Origin: Octopus bimaculoides
Lineage: Eukaryota
Reading direction: 5' to 3'
Assembly (NCBI RefSeq): GCF_001194135.2
Contig: NC_068982.1
Coordinates: 46,485,308 to 46,539,454 of the forward strand
Length of the DNA: 54,147 bases
In this document: positions 10,261-22,559 of the stretch, piece by piece
Position numbering within the stretch: the first letter of the stretch is position 1
Layout of the letters: each line of letters opens with the position of its first letter
Notes under the pieces: model-generated
The model's input: the letters and a program-made list of their open reading frames with translations, nothing else
What the model was told of the DNA's origin: nothing
The model's database searches: none
Translations under genes and position numbers: made by a program

Positions 10261-12944
10261 AAATAGATTGCATACACACATATTGCAATATCCGATACGA
10301 GGACACCATTATGCTATCTGTAACTCGTTACAGCGTCTGCATCCCTTATCGTTGTGTTTAATCTGTTGCAATATCTATAATCAGTTACCACATTTTCCTG
10401 GTGCTGTAGTTTGACAGAATAATTTAACTGTATGTTCTGATCTATTCCCAAAAGGATATCTTGGAAAATTTACTGAATCCTTCTAACCTACACTTTTCAT
10501 CATAATAGCTTTGAAAGTAAACATTCCAACAGACGAAGGCACTGCATTCGCGATTCTCTTTATCTCCAACAATAATATACGTTACTCACAATACATTTTC
10601 TATTAGCCTTATCTTTTCTAACGTTTATTTGACATCCTCTACGTGCATCCATCAATAGCAGCAATAGTTCCGATATTAAAATCCGGTAAATTGACGTAAA
10701 TTTTTCGGGATATATTACAGAGAGACCACGTATCTGAGGGAAAAAAAAGTCAGTAGCTAATTTAGTATTAATATATTGAATACTCCCTGCATTAAAAAGT
10801 TGACTACAAATAACTAAGTGATGAAGGCAAAACAAAAAAAATCGATATTAGTTATTGCGTAACAATGTATTAATTCTTTCGAGAACTAGGGGAGACAACT
10901 GTAAGTTTGTTTCCGCTTTATTACAATCATTCATGGAGAAACAGTGTTTGTTGTAGTTACCGAAATAATGAAGAGAAAATAACTAAGAACCTATATATTC
11001 ATGCATAAGAACGGACATGATTATGCGTATTTTCTAAACAATTCCAGCTTGCAATAACTACTGGTGTACGTTTTTCTACATAAGGTTATAAATTACCTCA
11101 TCACATGAATAAAGATGTTTCGCTAGTGAGGTTATAACAGGAACGAAACAAAAGTGCTATTTTCACCAGTACTTGCTCATAGAATTATAACATTTAGTAA
11201 TGACTAAGTGTGTATATTTTTATCTGCTGCATAATTATTTTTATCAGATCTGTAGTGATTTCAACATTAAATATTTTAACATTAATTTAATCATTGTTTC
11301 CAGAATATAAACCAATTCACAGAATTAGCTGTCCTTTACTGATCTAGCCTAAAGCTATTTATTTGATTCAGTTATCTTCTGTCTTTTCTTGAAGCCCCTC
11401 AAGTAATCAAGCAATACCTGTTTCCACAAGGTGAAGATACACTTCAGCTGATACAAATAAAATAGAAAACATGCATTCCAGTGTTCTCTTACGTAGATAC
11501 AAAAGAAATTTTTAAATAGTATTGTTAAACGATTAATATTTTTATTTCTATTTCAATATCGCAGCATATTTTATTCCAGCTCAAATTTGTAATTCTATGT
11601 ATTAATTATGAAGCCATTTACTTACCACGTATCTAAGTTTCATCTCCAGTATCAACAAATAATTCTCAAATGAATATTTACTAAATATTTCCAAAACCTG
11701 GACTCATTCTACACTAAAGTAGTGCTCATACAAAACGAACGCTAAAACTAAAATTAGACACATTAGACACAACATGCAAGTGAAAAGGACTTCCACTGAC
11801 AAACAAACTCACTCGCGTCAAACGCAAGATTAACATCGCATTTGTGTTCTTCGTTCATTCCTTTAATTGTTTCTATAACAAACGCTTACTGATTTTTTCT
11901 GAATACCTGAGTTGATATTCTTACTAAAATATGAATTCACTGTTTAAATCAGTTTTAGGATAATATATTAGGAGGCAGAATTCACTTGCTGTTCACTTTA
12001 ATACCATTATATCTCCCTTTAGAGGGTCTTTCGCAGTGTCCATTCTATTGTAAGCACTCAGGCTGTGAATATTATTTTATGGTAATGTTCCTCTTTGCCC
12101 CCACCCCTTCACTTGTTTCTGAGTCCTTGAAAAAGGGCCAGTTTTCATTGTAGTTGCTCTTTGGAGTATACCAGTAACAAAAAAGTTTTCAGCGTGACAA
12201 TCATTCGAGAAAAAAGTTATCTAAATGAAAAAGAAACATAAGTCAAACTAATTTTATTCGCAATTACTGATAAAATAGCTGAAATAAAAATTCAGGTGAT
12301 GTAATCCTATCTTTAAATGTAAACGTTAAGAGACAACACATAAATTACATCACTATAGCCTACAGCAACAATACATATCTCTATATGCTTAGACATAATG
12401 AATGTCCACAGATATATAGAGCGTCAGTTATGAAATTCCTATTCATAAGAACCTTCACATTATTCCTCACAAGGGAAACTAAACAAAGAAATGAATAAAA
12501 TACAACAAACTCTTGTCAATAATATTATATGCAAATAATTTAGTAGACCAAACTATGCAATAGAGAAACCATTTAAACACAATAAATACAACAGACACAA
12601 TATCCAGTGAAAGCATAAAAAGCACACGTATAAATTGTATCATCTGAAACAAATACACTTTGGCTAAAGAATACATGAATCGTTGTTAAAAAAACTCGTC
12701 AAGCAGAACATAACATATATTTACAGACAATCATAAATAACATTAATAATGTGTTGTAGAAACACACATACAAAATATTAAAAAAAGCATATGTTCATCA
12801 ATCTCCTACTACAAGCTATTGCTGAAGTCTAGTAGTGTAAACTCAGTGAGTACCCTTGTAATGTTTTCAGTAACAAACTTGTTAGTGAAATCAAAATGTT
12901 TCGAAAGATTTTCACTGTCTATTCTGGTAGTGTTACCAGATCTG

Positions 12945-13207
12945 ATTTCCTTAAAAGACATCGGCATCAATTCGGAGTCTCATAGAGTGGGAGATCATTG
13001 CTGCCGAGCGATTTAAACGACACAACTCGGCTACAAAAGGAACCATGGCAATTAAACAAAAACCGAGATCAGACAAGCTGAAGAGAATAGTGGACTACGA
13101 AAATTCGGAACGGCCGGTGTATTAGGAGAGTATTCTCAGTCGCCTGCCCAGTGTGCAGCAAAATGCTTTGTGTCCGTACTAGTCATGTCAGTCACTCCTA
13201 AACACAT
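12945..13207 (+). mobile_element. RTE-clade LINE ORF C-terminal relic with C2H2-like finger
   Basis: SLKDIGIN, WEIIAAER, AEENSGLRK, then CPVCSKMLCVRTSHVSHS*TH (C-x2-C-x12-H-x3-H, 13145-13207), colinear with RTE C-termini. Confidence 0.5.
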
Positions 13208-13523
13208 GGTCTGGATGTGAATCCATGTAATTACATGATCATATCGATATAGATAGACGAAAAGAGTGAATGATGTGCTATCGATGAGTTCTTTTCACAG
13301 TTGTCCAATCTGATAGAGATTCTTCCGAAATCACATGCGCCGTCTTTAAAAAGGAGTGGACATATTGTAACCTTTTTTACATTGCCTGGAAAGAACTGAC
13401 GCGATAGCCAATGATAGATTCTTTCCGCCATTCATAATAGATGATGGGATATAACAGCTAAGTCAATTGCTGTTTGGATGCTAAGACAATCAAACAAAAT
13501 AACATATCTGAAATGGAAATATT

Positions 13524-14090
13524 GTCATGACTCACAATCCTAGAAATAAATGCGCCTTCTCAAAATGTATGGGACTGGAAAAGGACCCCCGTATGAATTG
13601 CATTTTACAAAAGCATACTGTTAAAGAAAGTGAAACACAACCAGAATCATGAATGAGAATATTATCGAATGCCAACTTATATTCAACGACAGTGGAAATA
13701 ACAGATAGAAAAATAAAGGCGATCCAACTGTAACATATTTTTTTTAGCTTGTCCGAAGGGTCGGCATCCCATTTTCATCTAGAACAATGTTTCAAAGTAA
13801 AGAATGATTTAACCAATGTGTCCGGAAACCTAGTTTACGTAATAACATGTTCAGGACGTGAAGGAAATAACATGGACAAATTGGGATGAAATTAAGAAAC
13901 GTGTGAAACTACATAAGGCACAAATTTGTATCGCAGCTAGACAAATATCTCATAGGGAACATATAGAATTATGTGCGCATAATGAAATTTAAAGTTTCTC
14001 CATTTATATCAGTGTAATACGGCAACTGAACAACGGCAGTTCAACCAGGTGTTTACATTCAGTGAAAAATATTAATTGCCTTTAAATATG
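13524..14090 (+). mobile_element. Penelope-like element relic (linker plus GIY-YIG endonuclease)
   Basis: VMTHNPRN, LEKDPRMNCIL, FKVKNDLT, NLVYVITCSG, [I]GQIGMKLR, RVKLHKAQI and RQISHREHIELCA, across frameshifts. Confidence 0.75.
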
Positions 14091-14536
14091 TGTACTAAGT
14101 CAATGAGTCCACATTTAATTAATATATATATTTATTACACAAGTTTGTATGATTTCTATGTTTAAATGTTTACATAACTTTTTAAAGCAATTCTTTCCGC
14201 TGATTTCAGACCTGTTATTAGCTTCTTTCCATCACGTTTAGTTTTTCTGTAATAAAGTTTTTTTTTTATTTCTGTATTATGGTATCAGAGAATAAGATGA
14301 CAGTAATTATCTGATTTACTTTGCTCGACAAAATAGATTATAAACCAATGCTGACCTAATATTAGTAAAGGTAAACTAGCAGCCAATATAAAGTTTATTA
14401 AACAATCGTTAGCAACTCTAACAGATGACGTGACCTTGAAAAGCTGTGCAAACAATTGCTAACCGATGCTTTAGTGTTGTTTTAGTAGTTTCAAAGATCA
14501 GTCGTTGGTGACATTTACGTATAAACTCCGTTTAAA

Positions 14537-14842
14537 ATGAATGTATATAGACGAAAGGGCGTGAACAACCCAAACATATTCTGCTTCATTTGTTGCAGGT
14601 ATTTTGTCATTAAGCAGAGACAAAATATAACTGATCTTGTGAAAAATGTATACTTCGCTTATTTTGGTGTTAAACTCGGTGATGAAGACAAACCTTGAGC
14701 TTCACACAAAGTATGTCGCAACTGTTGGGAAGGGCTGAGACTCTGGAAAGCCGGTAAGAAAAAAGAAATGCCCTTTAGAATATCAATGATGTGGCGGAAG
14801 CCGAATAACCACGTTGACGATTGTTATTTCTGCATTACTTAA
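14537..14842 (+). mobile_element. Chapaev(3)-type (CMC superfamily) transposase N-terminal zinc-finger relic
   Basis: One frame from ATG: NNPNIFCFICCRYF...YFAYFGVKLGDEDKP*ASHKVCRNC...MPFRISMMWRKPNNHVDDCYFC, with one W-to-stop change at 14696. Confidence 0.75.
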
Positions 14843-16086
14843 GTTGATTGTTACAGTGTAAAAATAACTATAAGATAGTGTATCATAGTACTCCCTCGGC
14901 TATACGGCCTATTGTACACGGGTCGAAGTTTAAAAATGAGTAAAACTACTTTAAAGCCATGTTAAGTGCATTAAAAAAATATATTTAGTCAACATGTAGG
15001 CCTATGTACGTTGTTCATATCTTTTTTATTATTGCTATAGTCATTTGTTCTTAATTTCATCATACTTTTATCTAAAAGTCCGCCACAAAAGGGAATGAAT
15101 GACAAGAAAAATCATCATATCTTTGGCAGCCATTTGTGCAAAATCTGTACGTGATAGGCAAAAACTAAAAGCGTATTTGAAATCAGAATTTTAAAAATTG
15201 TTCAGAATCACCCATAAGTAGACAATCATTATTTACTTCATATGAAAATGCAGACTTGTGTTATCAATAATTCAAGAACGTTTTCTCCCTGTACTCTAAC
15301 AGCATTTTTTTTTATCTATCACTGCCGAAATTATGAAATTACAACAATGCCATGATTACAAAGCCATGATTATCTATAAAAAGTAAAACCGGTTGTAGAT
15401 AAGAACATTTTATTTTTATTGTAAAGTTGTATAAAATGTTCAGTATATTTTCTTTATTTTCTATATAAGTTTGACTCGTATAGAATTCCTGGGGGTTTTC
15501 TTTACGCCACGCACATTCATACATACTTGTGTGTATGTGTGAGTATATATATATGTATATATATACGCGTATATGTATGAATATATGTATGTGTATGTGT
15601 TTGTATTTTTCTTTATTTATATAACTGTAAAATAATCAATAATAAGAAATACTTCTTCGTATGGCCCTACAATATATTCATCTCACGTGAAAATTACGAA
15701 CAATTTAGCAGTTTTCGCAGCAAATTTAGTATAAGATAGACAATAATGACAACTTCAGGTATACATTTAAAAATGCTTCTATTATTTAATTCATGTCATC
15801 AATGATTGCATTATTGTGAAAATTAAGCAAACCCATTTTGTTTTATCCAAGTTTGCGTACACTATAAATGGCTATTAGCTATTATTCTCTCAAAAAAAAA
15901 ACGAAAAAAAAAACAAGTAAGCGATTTCTAATAAAAAGGGTTAAAAATGAATAAAACTAACTAGGTCTATCCCATTTTTCTCGATGCAAAGAAGAAATAC
16001 ATTTAGTATAAACATAGTATGTATTCTTTACTATGAGGTATAGTGTTCAGTTAAGTATAGTATCTACCTGCCCACCCTTCTGATTG

Positions 16087-16181
16087 TCGCTCCTTGTTGT
16101 GGTGGAGGGGCTTGTGTGGACTAATGACCCTGAGAGTGATGCCGTCGGCGGGAGTTCTAAACTCCTTGTAGAGGGCCACAC
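16087..16181 (+). mobile_element. Probable RTE-type LINE 5' UTR start, cut by an assembly gap
   Basis: CCTTGTTGTGGTGGAGGGGCTTGTGTG..AATGACCCTGAGAG.GATGCCGTCGGCGGGAGTT resembles RTE/BovB-like 5' ends. Confidence 0.5.
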
Positions 16182-16719
16182 NNNNNNNNNNNNNNNNNNN
16201 NNNNNNNNNNNNNNNNNNNNNNNNNNNNNNNNNNNNNNNNNNNNNNNNNNNNNNNNNNNNNNNNNNNNNNNNNNNNNNNNNNNNNNNNNNNNNNNNNNNN
16301 NNNNNNNNNNNNNNNNNNNNNNNNNNNNNNNNNNNNNNNNNNNNNNNNNNNNNNNNNNNNNNNNNNNNNNNNNNNNNNNNNNNNNNNNNNNNNNNNNNNN
16401 NNNNNNNNNNNNNNNNNNNNNNNNNNNNNNNNNNNNNNNNNNNNNNNNNNNNNNNNNNNNNNNNNNNNNNNNNNNNNNNNNNNNNNNNNNNNNNNNNNNN
16501 NNNNNNNNNNNNNNNNNNNNNNNNNNNNNNNNNNNNNNNNNNNNNNNNNNNNNNNNNNNNNNNNNNNNNNNNNNNNNNNNNNNNNNNNNNNNNNNNNNNN
16601 NNNNNNNNNNNNNNNNNNNNNNNNNNNNNNNNNNNNNNNNNNNNNNNNNNNNNNNNNNNNNNNNNNNNNNNNNNNNNNNNNNNNNNNNNNNNNNNNNNNN
16701 NNNNNNNNNNNNNNNNNNN

Positions 16720-16755
<36 letters not shown>

Positions 16756-16756
<1 letters not shown>

Positions 16757-16917
16757 CGACGAGCATCTTTTCAGTTTCCGTCTACCAAATCCACTCACAA
16801 GGCTTTGGTCGGCCCGAGGCTATAGTAGAAGACACCTACCTAAGGTACCACGGAGTGGGACTGAACCCAGGACCATGTGGTTGAGAAGCATGCTTCGTAT
16901 CACACAGCCACGCCTGC
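16756..16917 (-). mobile_element. SINE type A, 5' half
   Basis: Same head and body as 4171-4329. Confidence 0.9.
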
Positions 16918-17329
16918 GATTTATTCATTTATATTTTTGTACTGACGGTAAACCTATATAATGTTCGGATCAGCTTCCGTAGAAATCATTAATTTTGTAC
17001 AAACTCATTTCAGATTTCTAGTAATATAGTGACGTGACAAAACATTACGTTTTCATTTGGTATGTGTATGGGAATTAAAAACAATGTCATGAATATATTA
17101 TAAATGACTACCGAAGTTTTGTTCATTTCCACATGTATACTTAAGGGCTAAATGTAACAAACCTATAGACTAATATCAAAACAGTCTTTATTGTTCATCT
17201 GACATTTAATATATGGTTCGATGCTCTTAGTAAATTTGTGATAATTTTTCAATTTCAAATTGAAGCTCACAATGGTATTGTTTACATAACTATATTAACT
17301 ATTTATTATGTATACATTTATTGTGGAAT

Positions 17330-17790
17330 TTACACCACACACACACTCATATCTATGTATTTGTGTGTGCATTTGTTTGTATATATATGCATATAGTATG
17401 TATTTAAATATAATGCATATTGTACGTTTGCATATATAATGCATATATATACGTAAGTTTTATATTGCTCTTATACAAACACATATATTTATGTCTAATT
17501 ACATAAATACATATGTGTGTGTGTATGCATACATATTGATATATATGTATGTATATACAAATATGTGTATGTACGTACGTATGTATGTATGTATGTATGT
17601 ATGGAGAGATAGATAGATAGATAGATGCGTATGTATGAGTAAGCATATGAGTGGCATACGCTCATATGAGTTTTGTATCTGAATGTATGTGAATGTGCGC
17701 GTGCGTGGGCGCGTGTGAGCATGTGCGTGTGCGTGTGCGTGTGCGTGCGTGCGTTTGTGCGTGTTTGTGTGTGTGTGTGTGTGTGTGTGA
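17330..17790. repeat. Compound (TA)/(TATG)/(GATA)/(TG)/(TGCG) microsatellite tract
   Basis: Direct inspection. Confidence 0.85.
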
Positions 17791-18703
17791 TTAATTTCTA
17801 TTGATTATTTTCTAATATTACCAGCCTTGCAATTAAATAGGTGGGCGGCGGGAGGAAGAGGAGAAAGAAAAACAAAAAACAAAAAAAAACAAAAACAAGA
17901 AGCATATTGTGAAATCAATTTTCTTGAAACGATGAAAGTATTGAGCCTTTTCCAGTATTCAACACAATTAAATCATTCAGCCAGTAGCTTACAATTTGAA
18001 AATTTTGATTGCAAATGGCAATATGTTGTCACGTCAGCAGGTATTTATAGCCGCAAAACAAAGCGTAATGGGAATTTTTATTAGACACAAATGAAATACT
18101 AACTCTGCGTCTTTAAAAACTTATTTCCCATCACTTTTAAGTTTTTAAAGCAATATGAAAGTTATTATTACAATCGTCATCAACAGCTTCGTCCTCATCG
18201 ACAACTTTATCATCATCCCTACTGCTGGTATTATTGTCGTTGCTGTTGAAACTTTTAAATATCTTATTGTTTTTGTTTGTTTTTTTTTTTGTTATTTGTT
18301 ATTTGTGTAGTACAATATTCATTGTTTGCTTTTAAATAAATTCATTTCTGATGACTGTTTTGTTTTAATGTCAGAATAAATTTTGGCGAATCTAGAGTTT
18401 ATAATTAATGTTTTCGATTTTATAATTTAACAATTTTGAACAATTAAATTATTTCAAATAGTAATGCCATTTTATTTTATTATTCCCATATCCTGTGACT
18501 CCAAATTGGTAGGCGTTTTAAAATATTATCCCATAACAGACCTCCGTTCATTCAAGCCTTTGATGTCTATCGACTAATCCAAATAAATCCATGGTTGTTG
18601 TTGTTGTTGTTGTTGCTGCTGCTGCTGCTGCTATTACTGCTGCTACTACTATTATTGTGTTAACTCTAAATCGGCTCTGATTCAGCACACTTATGAAATA
18701 AGA

Positions 18704-18908
18704 TTAAGAGAAATTTAGTTGCACTTACTAGCAGATCGAACGAACACCTAGATACTTATTCGTTGGTTGCGACGTGAATTAAGAGATATTTCACTACCAT
18801 GACAAGCAGGTCGAACGAATACCTAGATGTGTTTTCGATGGCTCAGAACGTGAACTAAGAGAGATCTAGCTGCTATTACTAGCTGATCGAACGAACAAAC
18901 GCATAGAT
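18704..18908 (+). repeat. Tandem triplication of the family D module (76-bp period)
   Basis: Units begin TAAGAG at 18704, 18780 and 18856, each containing TCGAACGAA; the third unit resumes at 19634 after the MITE. Confidence 0.75.
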
Positions 18909-19633
18909 CAGTGTTTCTCAACCGAGGTCTAAATGGCCCCTGGAGGTCCATATAAGATTTCTGGTGAGGTCCACGCAACAAAATTGTAAATTAGGGATCC
19001 ACAATATTATTTTAAGGGTCTCCGAAAAAAAAATTGGTTTAGATGTATGTATTGGCATGAATTGCACAAAATAGCTGTGGCTGTGTGGTAAGTTGCTTGC
19101 TTACCAACCACATGGTTCCGGGTTCAGTCCCACTGCGTGGCACCTTGGGCCGACCAAAGCCTTGTGAGTGGATTTGGTAGACGGAAACTGAAAGAAGCCC
19201 GTCGTATATATGCATGTATATATATATGTATGTGTGTGTATGTGTTTGTGTGTCTGTGTTTGTCCCTATAGCATTGCTTGACAACCGATGCTGGTGTGTT
19301 TACGTCCCCGTAACTTAGCGGTTCGGCAAAACAAACCGATAGAATAAGTACTAGGCTTCCAAAGAATAAGTCCTGGGGTCGAATTTCTCGACTAAAGGCG
19401 ATGCTCCAGCATGGCCGCAGTCAAATGACTGAAACAAGTAAAAGAGTAAAAGAGTGAAGAGAGAACATTTTACATACTTTAACCTATAGAAATTTATGTG
19501 TGAAAAAGTAAATAGGAATTTTGAAAGAAGTTTCTATAAAACTAATTTTTATACATCGAATGACTATAAGGGTCCACCAGAATAAAATAGTAATCAAAAG
19601 GGTCCATAGATACAAAATGGTTGAGAAACCCTG
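18909..19633. mobile_element. Non-autonomous hAT MITE
   Basis: TIRs CAGTGTTTCTCAACC and GGTTGAGAAACCCTG (14/15 match); 8-bp flanks GCATAGAT and ACCTAGAT (6/8 match) fit an aged hAT TSD. Confidence 0.85.
19072..19456 (+). mobile_element. SINE type A, near full-length, inserted in the MITE
   Basis: Head, internal TA/TG tract, body and AAAAGAGT tail are present; short internal deletion between GGGC repeats. Confidence 0.9.
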
Positions 19634-20087
19634 ACCTAGATGCTCCTTCATTGGCTCTTGTGAATTGACGTTTAATCAAAATATTTGATACGAGGCTTCA
19701 CACATCAAGCATAATAACCATGTTTGAATATTTCCACGATTAAGAAAAAAAAATGTCGTGTTTCACTTCAAACGTGTCGATATTTGCTTCTTCGTTCTAA
19801 AGCCAAATATTTGATGTAGCATTCTGTTTTCATAAGGTTTCAAACATGCCACACAAACACCGAATCGCTCAGCTAAGAGACAACGATGACTGTTACAGTG
19901 TCAGCTCACAATGTTGGTGTAGTAAGTAGGAATTAATTCTTACTAAGAAGAGGTTCTACGTAGGTAAGTATCTGTATGTGTACGCGCGCACGTACACGTG
20001 CAAAGATAAAGTAGCAAGTGAAACGATTTTGTTAACTGGATTGCTGCCTCGGAATATCTTCGTTTTGCAGAAGGGTGGCTAGAAAAA

Positions 20088-20089
<2 letters not shown>

Positions 20090-20125
<36 letters not shown>

Positions 20126-20184
20126 TGCACAGATACATATGTATACCCGCTCAGATAAATATGTATGTACAAATAAATATTTAG

Positions 20185-20239
<55 letters not shown>

Positions 20240-20278
20240 TACACGCACATAAGACGCACACATAAGACACACGCACAT

Positions 20279-20350
<72 letters not shown>
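20090..20350. repeat. (TA)n, (GATA)n and (CA)n microsatellites
   Basis: Direct inspection. Confidence 0.9.
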
Positions 20351-20351
<1 letters not shown>

Positions 20352-20834
20352 GAAACAAACACGTTAATGTTTTTTTCTGTTTGCTCATACATAAAAACAA
20401 TCAAATATTGACTGAAAGTGCCCTCAAAGCACTCAAGCAGGGTATAAAATGCGGTTTTACAAGAAAAATATTGACGATGACATCAGAGATACTCTGATGA
20501 CTGTCTTCGTGAAACAGTCAACAAAGCCATCTAAGTGAAAACTTCGAAGCTACTGCCAAACTTTTCTTTATACACACATACATAAAGCAAAATATACAAA
20601 TCTGCACACATACATACATACATACATACATATATGCATACCTTGTTGATGTTGAAATTCCAAATGAAGAAGTCTTGAATCTAGGTTAGAAACCGACTAT
20701 TTCTCTATTGGCAAGAAACCTAGAAATAAAACTGAACAATGACGTACATACATAGACAAATACATACATACATACATACATGCATACATACATACATACA
20801 TACATACATACATACATACATACACACATACAGT

Positions 20835-21252
20835 AACATTGATCATCAAAGCTATCTATCATGGAAATATCAACCAAATACCTGGTACACAAAAGGGATA
20901 GAGATGCAGGAAAGCAGTAAAATGATGTGACAACCGATGCAGACTTTCTGAAGTTAACACCGAAGATATCACCCACATCATAAGCAGTTGTTCGAAAATG
21001 TCATCTCCGTATTATCTACCGATGAGACATGATGTTGTAGCTAGGACACTCTATAATGGAATCCGTCAGAAGGATAACCCCGAGGACAAAGAAATAAGAA
21101 CCCACAATATGGTAGAAGCCATAGCCTCTCATAATAAAAAGGAGTACTGGTGGAATGTCCCAGTGAAAAACTCAATAAAATGTATGCACAACAGACCTGA
21201 TATAATGATTTGGGATAAAGCAAGAAAAACTGTGTACAGTTGTGGGAATTAG
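20835..21252 (+). mobile_element. RLE-type (R4/NeSL-like) non-LTR retrotransposon C-terminal fragment
   Basis: EISTKYLVHKR, CDNRCRL...EDITHIISSC (decayed CCHC knuckle), MRHDVVA, EYWWN and HNRPDIMIWD (PD motif of the restriction-like endonuclease). Confidence 0.8.
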
Positions 21253-21340
21253 CTTATAGATCTGTGCTTGATGAACTTTGAGACATAGTGGGATACAATA
21301 CTCGATTTAACATCAAATACACACGCACATATACATGTTA

Positions 21341-21494
21341 GGTGCAAGTATGACTATGTGGTAGAGAAGTTTGCCCTCCAACCACATGGCTCCACGCTCA
21401 CTCCCTCTACATGATACCTTGGGCAAGTGTTTTCTACTATAGCCCTAGGCCAACCACAGACTTGTGACGGAATTTGGTAGACGGAAACTTCAGC
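21341..21494 (+). mobile_element. SINE type A, 5' half (diverged)
   Basis: TGTGGTAGAGAAGTTTGCC.TCAACCACATGG..CCTTGGGCAAGTGTTTTCTACTATAGCC..GGTAGACGGAAACT. Confidence 0.8.
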
Positions 21495-21499
21495 GTTAA

Positions 21500-21650
21500 T
21501 CATCAGAAAATGACCGAAAAACATGTTTATAAAGAAGTTCTTTTTTTGTTTCATACTCCTCGTGTGCCGATTCTGCCCATAACAAAGGAATAAATAATAA
21601 AATGTGGCTGTAGTTCATAGCACCCGGGCAACGCCGGGTGCATTGGTAGT
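21500..21650 (+). mobile_element. Non-autonomous Helitron 3' end
   Basis: 8-bp stem hairpin GCACCCGG-GCAACG-CCGGGTGC (21620-21641) followed by GTAG-T (degenerate CTAG). The 5' boundary is uncertain. Confidence 0.6.
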
Positions 21651-22559
21651 ATAATATGTTTATAAGCAAAGAAAGGATGAAGAGATCGACAGACGAACAG
21701 ACAGACACAAACATACATACATACATACATACATACATACATACATACATACATACGTACGTACATACATTTTGTTGCTGATTCTTTAGATTTTCATCCC
21801 GCTTAGGTCAGTGGTGGAGAAAGCAATAACTACATGCTAACCGCGTCAATGCAACCACATACATCAAAGTTGAAAGCAACATAAAGCTAGGGCCACACAC
21901 ACGAAAGTAAACTACAAATCAACACCAGTGGTAAAGAAATAATAATGAACGTCTGACTATATATATAGTAATTGTATCATCACCGTTGAAGTGGATTAAA
22001 GTGAGAAATCAATTATATAATACTATATACACATAGTCATCAACTAATTGATTCTTTCTTGTAAAATGAACCAATGCAATTTGGGAGGAGATTGCGTGGA
22101 AGAATTGACAAAGGGAAACTGGAATATTAGAATATGAGACAGTCGACTAACTTTAATTTAAGCATGGTGTGTCACTGTAGACTTCTGCTTACATTGTTTG
22201 CTTCTGAGTGGAGGGAAACATATATTTAAAATGAATCATACAGTAAATAAGGAGAGAGGCATGAAATACAATACCCTGGAAGACAGATGCACATTTCACT
22301 GTAGTTACAGCTTGTCAGTGTCGTGAACCTCAGGCAATGGTAGACGCAAAACCAATGGTAACCTTTTGGTTGGTTAAATGTCTCAACCAAAGATATATAT
22401 ATATGTATATANNNNNNNNNNNNNNNNNNNNNNNNNNNNNNNNNNNNNNNNNNNNNNNNNNNNNNNNNNNNNNNNNNNNNNNNNNNNNNNNNNNNNNNNN
22501 NNNNNNNNNNNNNNNNNNNNNNNNNNNNATATATATATACTTTTGGTTGACGAGTTAAG

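Noticed and set aside
13275-13400. IDEFFSQLSNLIEILPK, resembling a LINE APE endonuclease segment
   Set aside because: The following GDFNA motif is absent; too weak to call.
16047-16884. Long ORFs spanning N runs (also at 22226-26053, 31145-31547, 34598-35268, 44319-44688 and 46203-46664)
   Set aside because: Artefacts of translating assembly gaps as X.
18704-18908. Regularly spaced repeats resembling a CRISPR array
   Set aside because: Eukaryotic context, whole 76-bp units are homologous (no unique spacers), and no cas genes.
20478-20512. CTGATGA-10 nt-GAAAC-A-GTC hammerhead-like word
   Set aside because: Neither stem I nor stem II can pair; GACTGT/ACAGTC forms a simple alternative hairpin.
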